A stretch of DNA of 40,535 bases, from the NCBI GenBank assembly GCA_021399395.1, contig JAAFKJ010000147.1:1-40535 (forward strand). The letters run 5' to 3'. Below the pieces are notes generated by a model. That model searched no databases and was not told the origin of the DNA. It saw only the letters and a program-made list of their open reading frames with translations. The stretch comes from Candidatus Heimdallarchaeota archaeon. Its GTDB lineage: Archaea > Asgardarchaeota > Heimdallarchaeia > Heimdallarchaeales > Heimdallarchaeaceae. The translations under genes and the position numbers were made by a program. Shown here one piece after another: positions 7,963 to 17,563 of the stretch; position 1 is the first letter of the stretch, and the number at the start of each line of letters is the position of its first letter.

Positions 7963-9594
7963 CTACAATCTAGAATTAATATATCCTATCCCTCCAACAG
8001 GAGTCTGCTCAGAGTAATATCTTTTGTAGGAAGTAAGATAATCACTTAAACCTGTAACTGCTGCCATAATTATCCACGGCCAACTCACCTCTTGCCACTG
8101 GTGATTATCATCATACATACCAAATTGCCACGATTTGTATCTTTCAATGTTACTTAATGGTTTATTCTGAATCTTTTTCATTTCATCCACTTTGTTTTTG
8201 ATTTTCTCAGTTAACTGGTTTGTGGAGTGAGTCAATGCTTCACTTTCTTTCTTCCTTCTAGCTTTTGAAATGCTTCCCAGAATTTTAAAGAAGTCATCAG
8301 CAAAAAGAGAAAGTGTTTGAGGTTCAAGTGTTTGACTGATATTTTCTATCCATGGTGCATTGTACAAAATTCTTGTATATTTGATGTATAATGGGCATTG
8401 TATCCCTATTTCTGTAACAGCGGGAATAACTTGAGCATTATAATTGATTTCTCCTGGTCCAGAAACTCGCACATAAATTGGCATGATTGACTGTAGAAGT
8501 GCTTGGTTGGTATCTAATCTGGGTACTAAATTAGATATGTGTTCTTCTAAATCAATATTGTCTTTATCTATGCTAAATGAGTAAATTTCCTTGTTTAAAG
8601 GACATTTACCTTCAAAATGAAGCATATTCTGATCTTCAGTACAAGACAGATCTAGTCTATATCCGTCGTTTGGACATTCATAAAAGAATGGTGAATAATC
8701 CTCTTTCTTTTTTGCGGTAGTAGGTCTCAGTCCTAGACTTTGGACTTTTTCAGAAGCTCTATTGAACTCATTAAGATATTTTTGCCTATTTTTAAGAAAT
8801 GGTTTGTACCCACCTGCTGTTAACTTACGTATTTCAGGATGAGATGAAGGGAAAAATATAACTCCCCAATCATTTATGATATTAGCTTGAATACCCCAAA
8901 TAAGTGTGATCCACTCACCTATATCAGCTGAGGTTCTATATGTTTCTCTAAGAAATGTGATAATATGTTCTATTCTTTCCATGAACAGATTTTGAGAATT
9001 TTTATCAACAGAATTCTTAAATTCGCTAAAAATGTTCTTAATCACTTGAAGATTTTCTTCAAGCCATTCAAAGTTGTTTGTTTTTATTTTATTAACAATT
9101 ACTCCCTCAATTGCATCTTCTAAAACAATAGGTTTACTATGTGAAGATTGGTTGTTGGGTAGATGAATTGAAGTAATCTCAGGTTGAATACTATCATGAG
9201 TATTAACTAAGAACATTGGAACAAGGAAATTATCCTTTTCTCTACTTAGTTCAGAAAGGGTAGCAATGGTGGCTATTTTATTGCCTATTATGCCTGAACC
9301 TCCAAATATAGTTGTTTGTTGTCCTCCAAGTATCACACCATTCTGAATTAAATTTATGTTGGATTGTACCTTTGGGGTCAATAATCCGAGTTTTTTGTGA
9401 TACTCTTCTAAGATAATTTTTAGCTTGCTCAGTTGATCTGAATTAACCTCTATTCTAGGCAACTGATTAATTTGATTCAAAACTTCAGAGAATGTTCTAG
9501 GTAAATGTCCATAGAAATATTTCCCTTCTGGAAATTCTTTGCCTTCTCGCATATGAGCTTCATAGAAGTCTCCAACTGTTTCCATAGTTTTCAT
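7963..9594 (-). CDS. bshC: Bacillithiol biosynthesis cysteine-adding enzyme BshC-like
   Basis: 543 aa; GGQQ..IFGG, K..T, HD and GPGEINY.AQ motifs; directly adjacent to bshA. Confidence 0.78.
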   Translation of the reverse strand: MKTMETVGDFYEAHMREGKEFPEGKYFYGHLPRTFSEVLNQINQLPRIEVNSDQLSKLKIILEEYHKKLGLLTPKVQSNINLIQNGVILGGQQTTIFGGSGIIGNKIATIATLSELSREKDNFLVPMFLVNTHDSIQPEITSIHLPNNQSSHSKPIVLEDAIEGVIVNKIKTNNFEWLEENLQVIKNIFSEFKNSVDKNSQNLFMERIEHIITFLRETYRTSADIGEWITLIWGIQANIINDWGVIFFPSSHPEIRKLTAGGYKPFLKNRQKYLNEFNRASEKVQSLGLRPTTAKKKEDYSPFFYECPNDGYRLDLSCTEDQNMLHFEGKCPLNKEIYSFSIDKDNIDLEEHISNLVPRLDTNQALLQSIMPIYVRVSGPGEINYNAQVIPAVTEIGIQCPLYIKYTRILYNAPWIENISQTLEPQTLSLFADDFFKILGSISKARRKKESEALTHSTNQLTEKIKNKVDEMKKIQNKPLSNIERYKSWQFGMYDDNHQWQEVSWPWIIMAAVTGLSDYLTSYKRYYSEQTPVGGIGYINSRL

Positions 9595-9666
9595 ATTGAT
9601 GTCATCAGTTCTTAATAATTTTTATATAACATAAAATAAAGTCTATACATAGAAAGGTGCTAGCAG

Positions 9667-10026
9667 ATGATTGGTAATCACAATATTGTCCATATAGAAA
9701 TACCCGCCGATGATATAAACAAAGCTAAAGATTTCTATGAAACAATTTTCAAGTGGGAAGTTACAGTCAATACAGGTTATGATGAATATGCATTCTTCAA
9801 AGATGCGGAAGATGGAATTGGTGGAGCTTTTCAAAAATCTGAAGAGATGCTGACTACAGCTCTACTCTATATATCCGTTGAGGATATCGAACAAATGTTA
9901 ACTAAAATAGAGGACAAGGGTGGTCAAATTATCAGCAACAAAACTGAAATTTCTGAAGAACATGGTTATTATGCATTATTCAAAGATACTTGTGGCAATT
10001 CTATGGGCTTGTGGTCAAGAAATTAA
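9667..10026 (+). CDS. VOC (glyoxalase/bleomycin resistance) family protein
   Basis: IVHIEIPADD..AKDFYETIFKW, YISVEDI, FKDTCGNSMGLW. Confidence 0.9.
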   Translation: MIGNHNIVHIEIPADDINKAKDFYETIFKWEVTVNTGYDEYAFFKDAEDGIGGAFQKSEEMLTTALLYISVEDIEQMLTKIEDKGGQIISNKTEISEEHGYYALFKDTCGNSMGLWSRN

Positions 10027-10267
10027 TGATAAACTTCTGTTTTTCTATTTTAACTAGTTTTCTTCTTATCTAGAATGCCCTATTTATTTCCCATCAAAGA
10101 TATAAAATACTGAACTTCCGACAAAAATCGGGCCGTATTTTTCCTTCATTATTTCTTTTTTAAATTAAGCAAACTTATGTTATTTCACGTTGAATCTTAC
10201 ACAAATTTTTTAAATGAAGAACATCTAATGAGACAACAAGAAAAAATTCTCAAGGTGAAAATAAGAA

Positions 10268-10432
10268 ATGGCTAAAGAATGCCCAAAATGTCACAGTAAC
10301 AATCTAAAAGAAGTAGAGGATAAGTCCAAACCAATAGCTTATTTCGGACATCAACCTATATATAAAAAGAAAAAAGTCTGCAAAGAGTGCACATATGAAT
10401 GGTTTGATGAAGGCGGCGCAGAGGCAGTATAA
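10268..10432 (+). CDS. Small Zn-ribbon protein (54 aa), absent from ORF track
   Basis: MAKECPKCHSNNLKEVEDKSKPIAYFGHQPIYKKKKVCKECTYEWFDEGGAEAV*; two CxxC pairs; SD-like AAGGTGA upstream. Confidence 0.8.
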   Translation: MAKECPKCHSNNLKEVEDKSKPIAYFGHQPIYKKKKVCKECTYEWFDEGGAEAV

Positions 10433-10521
10433 TAATACCCCTCTGTGTATTTTCTACCTCTTCTTTCTCTATCTAGAACCGATTCACAATCTTTTCACAC
10501 ATTTTTAAATGCTATAGGGTT

Positions 10522-11628
10522 ATGGTTATGAAGATAAAAGAATTTTTGCGAAAATACTTCTTCAGAATAATAATCTTAATTGTTATGGTCGGTTTTTTGG
10601 TTTATTTCTTTTATCGGTTGGATTTCAAAGAATCTTACAAGGTTTTAAAAGATGCTTCCGTTCTATATCTACTACTAGCATTATTTTTTATGCTTGTTAG
10701 TGCAGCAGTAAAGGCATATCGATTTTATATTCTCATAAAACCCAATCATCCTGAAGTAAAATTCTCGAAATTTTTACTTCCCTATCTTGTTGGTTATGGT
10801 TTTAGTGTACTTGGACCATTTAAAACAGGAGAATTGGCAAGTGTAGAGATAAACAAACGCAATCTAGATGTTTCTCGATCTTCCTCTTTTGCTGCTTTAG
10901 CTTTTTTTAGAGTTGTAGATGTAATAGTTGTTTTAGTATTTTTCATTATAGCACTTGGTGTTACTGTACCAAATATTATCACCAATACAATTACATCTGA
11001 TCCAGATTTAGCCTCATATATTCAGTATGGTACCAAAGTAGTTTTTTATCTAGCAATTGCAGGAACTGTTATCTTAACTGCAATATTGTTTGTTCCTCGC
11101 ATAGGACGATTTTTCTTAAAAATCACAACAACAATTACAAACAAAATCTCTAAAAAAGGTGGTGATTGGTTAGACAGAGTTGTTCAACCTGCTTTAGATG
11201 ACTACTACAAATCATTAAAGTTTCTTTATAGTAAAATAGTAATTGCGACTATTGTAGTAACCACAACTGTACTAAGATGGTTACTTGAGTTTTATTCACT
11301 TAAGTTTACCTTAGCAGCATTTTATACAGAAATCAATTTGATTGATGCAGCCTCTGTGACTTCCATTGCATTGCTTATAGGTTTACTAACATTTGTACCT
11401 GCAGGTGCTGGAACAGGAACGATAACAACAGAGATTCTTCTAATTGGTCTATTAATTAATAAGAATATAGCTGATGCTGCAATTCTCTATCAAGCTCTGA
11501 TTGGAATAATACTTACTTTGTTATTGGCGGCCATTGCTTCACCGTTTTTGAAAGAGAAAAAAACCGATATACAAAAAGAAGAACAGACTATTTCATCTGA
11601 AAGTAATGAGTCTATAATTGAAACTTAG
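10522..11628 (+). CDS. Lysylphosphatidylglycerol synthase TM / UPF0104 flippase-like membrane protein
   Basis: Multiple hydrophobic helices; P.KTGE, R..D and PAGAG motifs. Confidence 0.8.
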   Translation: MVMKIKEFLRKYFFRIIILIVMVGFLVYFFYRLDFKESYKVLKDASVLYLLLALFFMLVSAAVKAYRFYILIKPNHPEVKFSKFLLPYLVGYGFSVLGPFKTGELASVEINKRNLDVSRSSSFAALAFFRVVDVIVVLVFFIIALGVTVPNIITNTITSDPDLASYIQYGTKVVFYLAIAGTVILTAILFVPRIGRFFLKITTTITNKISKKGGDWLDRVVQPALDDYYKSLKFLYSKIVIATIVVTTTVLRWLLEFYSLKFTLAAFYTEINLIDAASVTSIALLIGLLTFVPAGAGTGTITTEILLIGLLINKNIADAAILYQALIGIILTLLLAAIASPFLKEKKTDIQKEEQTISSESNESIIET

Positions 11629-12347
11629 ATGCCCCTTTTTAAACGACTGATTAGAAAATGATGGAAACCTAATTCTTCCATTTTTTTACAGGTTGTATCA
11701 ACATCATATTCTAACCTAATATGCTCATACTCAAAATCTTTTGTTTCCTCATTTATTCTGAATGTCATAAAGGACGCCTTGGGATTATTATCTCTAGGTT
11801 GCCCTACTGATCCAGGATTTAGAAGATGCTTGTTTTCATTAACAATATGAAGCGGTTTATGGGTATGCCCTAAGAATAGAAAGTCAATCTCAGTATATTC
11901 TCTGGTAATCTCAAAGAACATATTGTATGACCATGAAGGTAAATCAGGAGATACATAATCTCTTAATGGCCTTCTAGGAGAACCATGAACAAACATAGCA
12001 TTTCCATCTGTAATAAAAAGTGGAAAGATAGAGAAGAAAGGATGAGACCCTAGAAGCAGTTTTTCATGTTCAGAAAGCTGATCCTTTGTCCATGACAATG
12101 AGATTTTCGGTAATGGGTTGAAGTACTTAAAATTGTCTTGAAATATTGCATAGTCATGATTACCAACAACATGGATTTGTGTAATCTTTTCAACAATCTC
12201 TATACATTCCTTCGGATTTGGACCATATCCAACGGTATCTCCTAGATAGATAATGATGTCAGGAGATAGGTCGTTTATTTTATCTGCTACAACAGATAAT
12301 GCTTCCAGATTTGAATGAACATCTGAGAAGATTGCTAAAGTAATCAT
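11625..12347 (-). CDS. Calcineurin-like metallophosphoesterase
   Basis: SDVHSN, LGDTVGYGP, GNHD, HGSP, GHTH, NPGSVGQPRD. Confidence 0.92.
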   Translation of the reverse strand: MITLAIFSDVHSNLEALSVVADKINDLSPDIIIYLGDTVGYGPNPKECIEIVEKITQIHVVGNHDYAIFQDNFKYFNPLPKISLSWTKDQLSEHEKLLLGSHPFFSIFPLFITDGNAMFVHGSPRRPLRDYVSPDLPSWSYNMFFEITREYTEIDFLFLGHTHKPLHIVNENKHLLNPGSVGQPRDNNPKASFMTFRINEETKDFEYEHIRLEYDVDTTCKKMEELGFHHFLISRLKRGI

Positions 12348-12441
12348 TTAAATTTCGCTCTTATACTTGCTAATTGTTTTTCCTAATAATAAGTATTTGT
12401 TCAAAAAATAATAAAAGAAAAGGTTAGAAGGCACTAAAATA

Positions 12442-14433
12442 TTATGCTTCTTCTACTTTACCCCTATATCTGCTTGTGGCAATTGCACCAAGAACTACTA
12501 AACCAATGGATACAAAGAATATAATCATAGCTAGAACATCTAGTTTGATTGCTCTTCCTACATCAGGATCCATGAAAACCTCTACTAGCTGTGTTTCATT
12601 ATATCCGTATCCACGTTTGTGCATACGAACATTAACATCTACGAAATTTGCTTTGATTGTATCAACGGGAGTTATTGAACCATTGAAATCAATATTGTCT
12701 CCTGTTGTTATGAGATCTTCTTGATTTCGATCAGCTTTAAGTTCAAGAACAACTACCCAAACGTGAAGGTTATCGACTGTTGTACCATTATCACCAAATA
12801 CAGAAATTTGAACGTGGATTTCACTACCTTCTTCTATCACAGTTTCCTCAACAACAAAATTGTCATATGATAATTGATGTTGTAAGTTGAATAACCATTG
12901 GAGTTGTCTGATTAGTAGGTGTTTATTGTCTTCCTTGAGGATATTTGTTGAATTGAATATATCAGCTGATGCTGTTGCAATAAGTTTTCCACCTCTTTGT
13001 AGTTCAAGAGCTGCTTGAAAAACTGCTGAATCATTTAATCCATAATCAACACTACTATTATACAATCGATTATCATCTAAATCTATATAATATTCTCCAG
13101 ATTTGTTCAAAGTTGCATACAAATCTCCTTCTTGGAATTGAATTATCATCTCTCCAAAGGTTCCATTCATTGTGAAGTTAAATGCAGAACCTTGATAGAA
13201 AATAGTAGAGACGTCCTTATCTGTCATTATTGAGGAATCTGTAAGATAGGGTAAATTAATCATATCACCTGTATCGAGAGTTATTGTTGAATTAACACCT
13301 GTATCCTCTGAACAGACTGTAGAATTGTAAATCTGAAGACCAAAGTTCATCAATAGTTTATTTGCTGGGTCATCATCTTCTGAGACCTCACTTAAAACAT
13401 ACAAACTTCCTCCAGATGAAGTATAGAATCTAATCGCATCAATTTCATCAGCTGTTAAGTCATTTAAATTCCCAATTAGAATAACTAGGTCATAACTTTT
13501 GATTCCACTGTACGTGAATTCATATCCATACTTTTCCATTTGCAGAGTGTTGTTAAATCCATAACTGTCTATAATAGTATTAACAACAGTAAGGTTGCCT
13601 TCTTCAGTGTATGCAGATTCTGAAATATATGTAAGAACACTTTTTTCTGCTAAATCCTCTTCATAAGAGAAATAGTCATATGTTGGATTCATTATGAAAG
13701 ATTTCCAAGCACTAACTCTGTTAAAGAGTAAAGAGTGATTATAAACTGCAGTTTTATTCTGGAAAAGTATTAATAAATATCTTAAAGGCTCACCTTCATG
13801 GAGCTCAATATCATTTCCGGGTTCATCTAATGAATTAAGTTCCTTTGCAATCTCAATTGTAACAACGTGTCTATTGAAGTCATCTAAATACTGATCTAAC
13901 ACTGCAACTGAATTTTCAACTCCAGTAACATTATCATCGGCAACCATAGAATATATAGTTGTCCCGTTGAAATAAACATCCTGAGCCCCTAGTTGTTTAA
14001 AATTCACTACAACTCCATCATCAATGGTATCGTTTGAATAACCTATTCTTGAATCAAAGTTGTTATCAAATGTTACTGCAAACCATGTATGATTAAGAAC
14101 TGGGTCATAATCAACAAAGATGTCTGTTGTATAACTAATACCCATGAATAAATGAGTAGAGTTCGCTTGAACACGGGTTGTAAGAGATATAGTACCTATG
14201 GATTGAGTTTGTACTGTGGCATTTTCCCATTCTCCAGTATAACTTTCTAAATCCCCATCAATGACTGGTTCAGTACTGTTTGAATAAACCATATCTCCTT
14301 GGGGTGTTATTCTGGTATTTCTTTCTTCATCTGATGTCATTGCTTTCAATGAAATACTGCTAAAACTTGCGAGTATTAATCCTAGTATAATTGTTGAAAT
14401 TACAACAAATTTCTTGATATGTCGTGTTCGCAC
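12442..14433 (-). CDS. Type I membrane glycoprotein: DOMON-like + GIFT (IFT52/GldG/Wbp1-like) + Ig-like domain + C-terminal TM
   Basis: Signal peptide; PVIDGD...EW; YDLVILIG..LTADEIDAIRFYTSSGGSLYV and GGKLIATASADIF..N...LQWL; C-terminal TM helix; many NxS/T sequons. Confidence 0.6.
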   Translation of the reverse strand: MRTRHIKKFVVISTIILGLILASFSSISLKAMTSDEERNTRITPQGDMVYSNSTEPVIDGDLESYTGEWENATVQTQSIGTISLTTRVQANSTHLFMGISYTTDIFVDYDPVLNHTWFAVTFDNNFDSRIGYSNDTIDDGVVVNFKQLGAQDVYFNGTTIYSMVADDNVTGVENSVAVLDQYLDDFNRHVVTIEIAKELNSLDEPGNDIELHEGEPLRYLLILFQNKTAVYNHSLLFNRVSAWKSFIMNPTYDYFSYEEDLAEKSVLTYISESAYTEEGNLTVVNTIIDSYGFNNTLQMEKYGYEFTYSGIKSYDLVILIGNLNDLTADEIDAIRFYTSSGGSLYVLSEVSEDDDPANKLLMNFGLQIYNSTVCSEDTGVNSTITLDTGDMINLPYLTDSSIMTDKDVSTIFYQGSAFNFTMNGTFGEMIIQFQEGDLYATLNKSGEYYIDLDDNRLYNSSVDYGLNDSAVFQAALELQRGGKLIATASADIFNSTNILKEDNKHLLIRQLQWLFNLQHQLSYDNFVVEETVIEEGSEIHVQISVFGDNGTTVDNLHVWVVVLELKADRNQEDLITTGDNIDFNGSITPVDTIKANFVDVNVRMHKRGYGYNETQLVEVFMDPDVGRAIKLDVLAMIIFFVSIGLVVLGAIATSRYRGKVEEA

Positions 14434-14610
14434 TTGAGTCTACTCCTATGGGTTTGTTAAAGCGCTAGCTTTTGCCTTTTTAAACTTTATTTCTTCAAAG
14501 AAGTTCTGCTTATCTTTCTGCAACAGTAGCAAAATACTTATTTGAAAGAGGAATTACTGTATAAACGTAGTCTAATTTAAATCTATGATCTGAAAAATGG
14601 AGATAAGAAT

Positions 14611-15834
14611 ATGTCTGAACTCAAAGATAAACTCCTGAAAGGCGAGTACAAAGATCAACTTGAGATAAAGGAATCGCCAATATTTGCACTATTGGATATT
14701 TCTGAAGAAGAATCTAAATTTCTCAAAGAAGTTGGGTTAGAAACAATAGAAGATCTTGCGACTAAGTGGAACGACTGTTACGAGAAAATAGCAAAAAAAA
14801 TTCCAAAGGAAAGGATTAACAGCTGGATTGCTGCTAGCCGTCTTTTATCTTTGGAGGAAACTGAAAAAGTGACTACAGGAGCCAAGATTATAATGGTAGG
14901 GATTGATAATGCAGGAAAAACCTCACTCTCCATCGCATTAAAGCATCGTGGTGCACTATCTCAACTATTCCAAAAACTCTATGCTTTAACACCTACACGA
15001 GGTTTACTTAGGAGTAAAATCGAGGTGTTTGGATTGGATGTTCACATGCATGAACTAGGCGGACAGAGCATTTATAGAGAAGATTATTTGAGTAATCCCC
15101 AACAATATTTCGTTGGAACAGACATTATTATTTTTGTGATAGATGTTCAAGCAATAGACAGATTCGAGGAAAGTTTTGAATACCTTAAACAGATTACAAA
15201 TGTTACAAATTCTTTACAGCTGAAAGTTCCTTGGAAAATATTTTTTCATAAATCAGATCCAGAATATGAGATTGATGATAAAAGTGCTGAAGTATTCAGT
15301 TCTATCATAGATTACATGTCCAAAAATTGCCCACATTTCGATCCAGCAAGGGATTTCTTCAGAACCAGTGTGAAAATTAGATCCTCAATATTAGGTGCTT
15401 TTTCTCATATATTCAGAGAAATCTCTCTAATTCAGGATGGAGTTAAAAATGCTTCACAGAATATAGCTGAAGAACTAAAAGCAGACTTCTTTGGGCTATA
15501 TGACTTCAGAAGTAATGTGTGCTTTGCGCAATATGCAAAAGAAGAAAATCTTGTAGACTTATCACACAATGCATATTACGAAGCCATTGAAACAATAGTG
15601 AATATGAGAGAGCCATTTTTAAGAATAAGGAGATATACCCTCGAAGACGAAATCAATGAGATTTTTATTCTCAGAGATTTGCGCTTTGGCGGTGATCGTT
15701 ACATAATGGCAATGTTAACGCAAGATGAAGAAATGTCAAGAAATATAGATCAAGAAGCAATTCAAGACATAATCGATGAGAAATTGCAGGATTGGATTGA
15801 GTTCCGAGGATATGCAACATTCCCATTGGAATGA
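14611..15834 (+). CDS. Arf/Rag-like small GTPase with N-terminal HhH-like and C-terminal longin/roadblock-like domains
   Basis: G1 GIDNAGKTS, G2 PTRG, G3 HELGGQ, IIFVID, G4 HKSD, G5 RTSV. Confidence 0.85.
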   Translation: MSELKDKLLKGEYKDQLEIKESPIFALLDISEEESKFLKEVGLETIEDLATKWNDCYEKIAKKIPKERINSWIAASRLLSLEETEKVTTGAKIIMVGIDNAGKTSLSIALKHRGALSQLFQKLYALTPTRGLLRSKIEVFGLDVHMHELGGQSIYREDYLSNPQQYFVGTDIIIFVIDVQAIDRFEESFEYLKQITNVTNSLQLKVPWKIFFHKSDPEYEIDDKSAEVFSSIIDYMSKNCPHFDPARDFFRTSVKIRSSILGAFSHIFREISLIQDGVKNASQNIAEELKADFFGLYDFRSNVCFAQYAKEENLVDLSHNAYYEAIETIVNMREPFLRIRRYTLEDEINEIFILRDLRFGGDRYIMAMLTQDEEMSRNIDQEAIQDIIDEKLQDWIEFRGYATFPLE

Positions 15835-15924
15835 AATCATCTATCATCTTGAGTGTTTTTCTTACATCTAATTTGATTAGAGGAATAAATCTTTAAATGA
15901 GATCAAATTATCTTTGCAAGAGAC

Positions 15925-16014
15925 GCTCCGGTAGCTCAGCCTGGCTAGAGCGGTGATCTCGTAAATCTTCGAGAAAGTCGCAGAACGGGGGTTCAAATCC
16001 CCCTCGGAGCTCCA
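15925..16014 (+). tRNA. tRNA-Thr(CGT) with 12-nt intron at 37/38 (15964-15975)
   Basis: Acceptor GCTCCGG/TCGGAGC, anticodon stem GTGAT/GTCGC, CGT at 15960-15962, T arm GGGGG-TTCAAAT-CCCCC, U73, encoded CCA; splice helix CTCG/CGAG. Confidence 0.93.
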
Positions 16015-16062
16015 ATCTATTTCGGCTTAAAGTTTAAATATATCCGTTTTTCCTCTTCTACT

Positions 16063-16995
16063 ATGACATCGTACCTCTTTATAGTAAATCCTGAAGCCAG
16101 AAATGGTGCTATAGGAAAGATGTGGCCAAATGTTGAAGAAGAAATTTTGAAGCGCGGTATGCGACATACTACTATATATACAAAAGAACCTAAGCATGCG
16201 ATCGAGATTGCTAGAGAAGAAGCCAATAACTTTGATATTATTGTTGCAACTGGTGGAGATGGAACTGTAAATGAAGTTGCAAATGGCTTATATGGTACAG
16301 GTGCTACTTTTGGAGTTTTACCACTAGGAAATGGAAATGATTTTGCTAGAGGCATACTTCTTGATGATGATTTTCAGCGAAGCTTAGATATCTTAGTTAA
16401 CTGCAAAACTTTAGATCTCACAGTAGGTATTGCTACAGCAGATGACGATAAACGTTATTTCGTTAACATTGCAGATACAGGTGTAGGAGCAACTATTTCT
16501 GTATCCGCTTTTACAGAAGCTAAATGGTTAAGGGGATTTTTGAAATATTACTATCTAGCACTCAAAGGTGTATTGAAATACAGGTTAGTTCCTACAAAAA
16601 TCCAAGTTGATGATCAAGAACCCTCTGATGGTGGATTAGTTATTCTGGCAGCAGGAGTGGGTCATCGATTCGGAGCAGGTTTTCAAATACTTCCAGATAA
16701 CTATGCATTCGAACCAGATTTTGCTATTTGCTACGCAAATGATATTGGTAAGATGGATCAAATCAATCTTCTGAATGTATTAAAAGGTGGAAATCATTTA
16801 GGAAGAAAGAATGTTCATTACATTAGAGGAAGCAAAATCAGTTTAGAATTAGGGAAAGCTCTTCCAGTTGAAGTTGAAGGTGAAATTGTAAGTTTTGCTG
16901 CTACTAAAGTAACATTCGAAGTAGCACCTGAAAAGATGAAAACTGTTGTGCCTGATGAGTTTATTCAACTAAAAGAATCGAGGCAAAAGAAATAA
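16063..16995 (+). CDS. Diacylglycerol/lipid kinase family protein (YegS/DgkB-like)
   Basis: IVNP, GGDGTVNEVANG, LPLGNGNDFA, FGAG; VEGE in place of the usual DGE. Confidence 0.92.
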   Translation: MTSYLFIVNPEARNGAIGKMWPNVEEEILKRGMRHTTIYTKEPKHAIEIAREEANNFDIIVATGGDGTVNEVANGLYGTGATFGVLPLGNGNDFARGILLDDDFQRSLDILVNCKTLDLTVGIATADDDKRYFVNIADTGVGATISVSAFTEAKWLRGFLKYYYLALKGVLKYRLVPTKIQVDDQEPSDGGLVILAAGVGHRFGAGFQILPDNYAFEPDFAICYANDIGKMDQINLLNVLKGGNHLGRKNVHYIRGSKISLELGKALPVEVEGEIVSFAATKVTFEVAPEKMKTVVPDEFIQLKESRQKK

Positions 16996-17069
16996 AGATG
17001 TAAGTACTTCTTTATGTAAAGGAAGAACACATCTTCAATCATCTTTCTATTTGAATGGAGAGAACTTAA

Positions 17070-17522
17070 TTGCACGTAGGATTTATTGTTCAAAACCTCA
17101 GTAAAGGGGAAATTGATGATTCATCTATCCAAATTTCTGAAGATGATAGAGAGATGTTCCCCAAAGAAGGGGTTTTATTTTTTATGGAATCATACGAGGA
17201 GATTTTTGGGTGTCATATCGATTCTTTTGGAAAAATCTCAGGGTTAGATGAGTGGTTTAAACAATTTCCAGTTGCAAGAGAAGACATAGTTATAATTTCA
17301 AAGTATACGGAAGGTTTCATTCTTTCAACAATGTCTGAGATTGTTGAACAACAACAACATTTCGTAATTGAAATGGATAGGATTTTAGCTCTTGAACCTA
17401 CAGATATTTTTTGTCCCAATTGTAGATATAATCTTGAGCATGCTGGAAAAGCTTCTAGAGCTGATTCTTATATACTGAAATGTGCAAGGTGTGGTTTTAC
17501 ACTTGTGAAAAAGAGTATTTGA
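17070..17522 (+). CDS. Hypothetical protein with C-terminal Zn-ribbon
   Basis: CPNC...CARCGF at the C-terminus; TTG start uncertain. Confidence 0.7.
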   Translation: MHVGFIVQNLSKGEIDDSSIQISEDDREMFPKEGVLFFMESYEEIFGCHIDSFGKISGLDEWFKQFPVAREDIVIISKYTEGFILSTMSEIVEQQQHFVIEMDRILALEPTDIFCPNCRYNLEHAGKASRADSYILKCARCGFTLVKKSI

Positions 17523-17563
17523 GTAATCATGACAAACACAGATTTATAATCTAAAAACTAAAT

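Noticed and set aside
16017-16355. 112-aa minus-strand ORF
   Set aside because: Antisense to the conserved lipid-kinase N-terminus.
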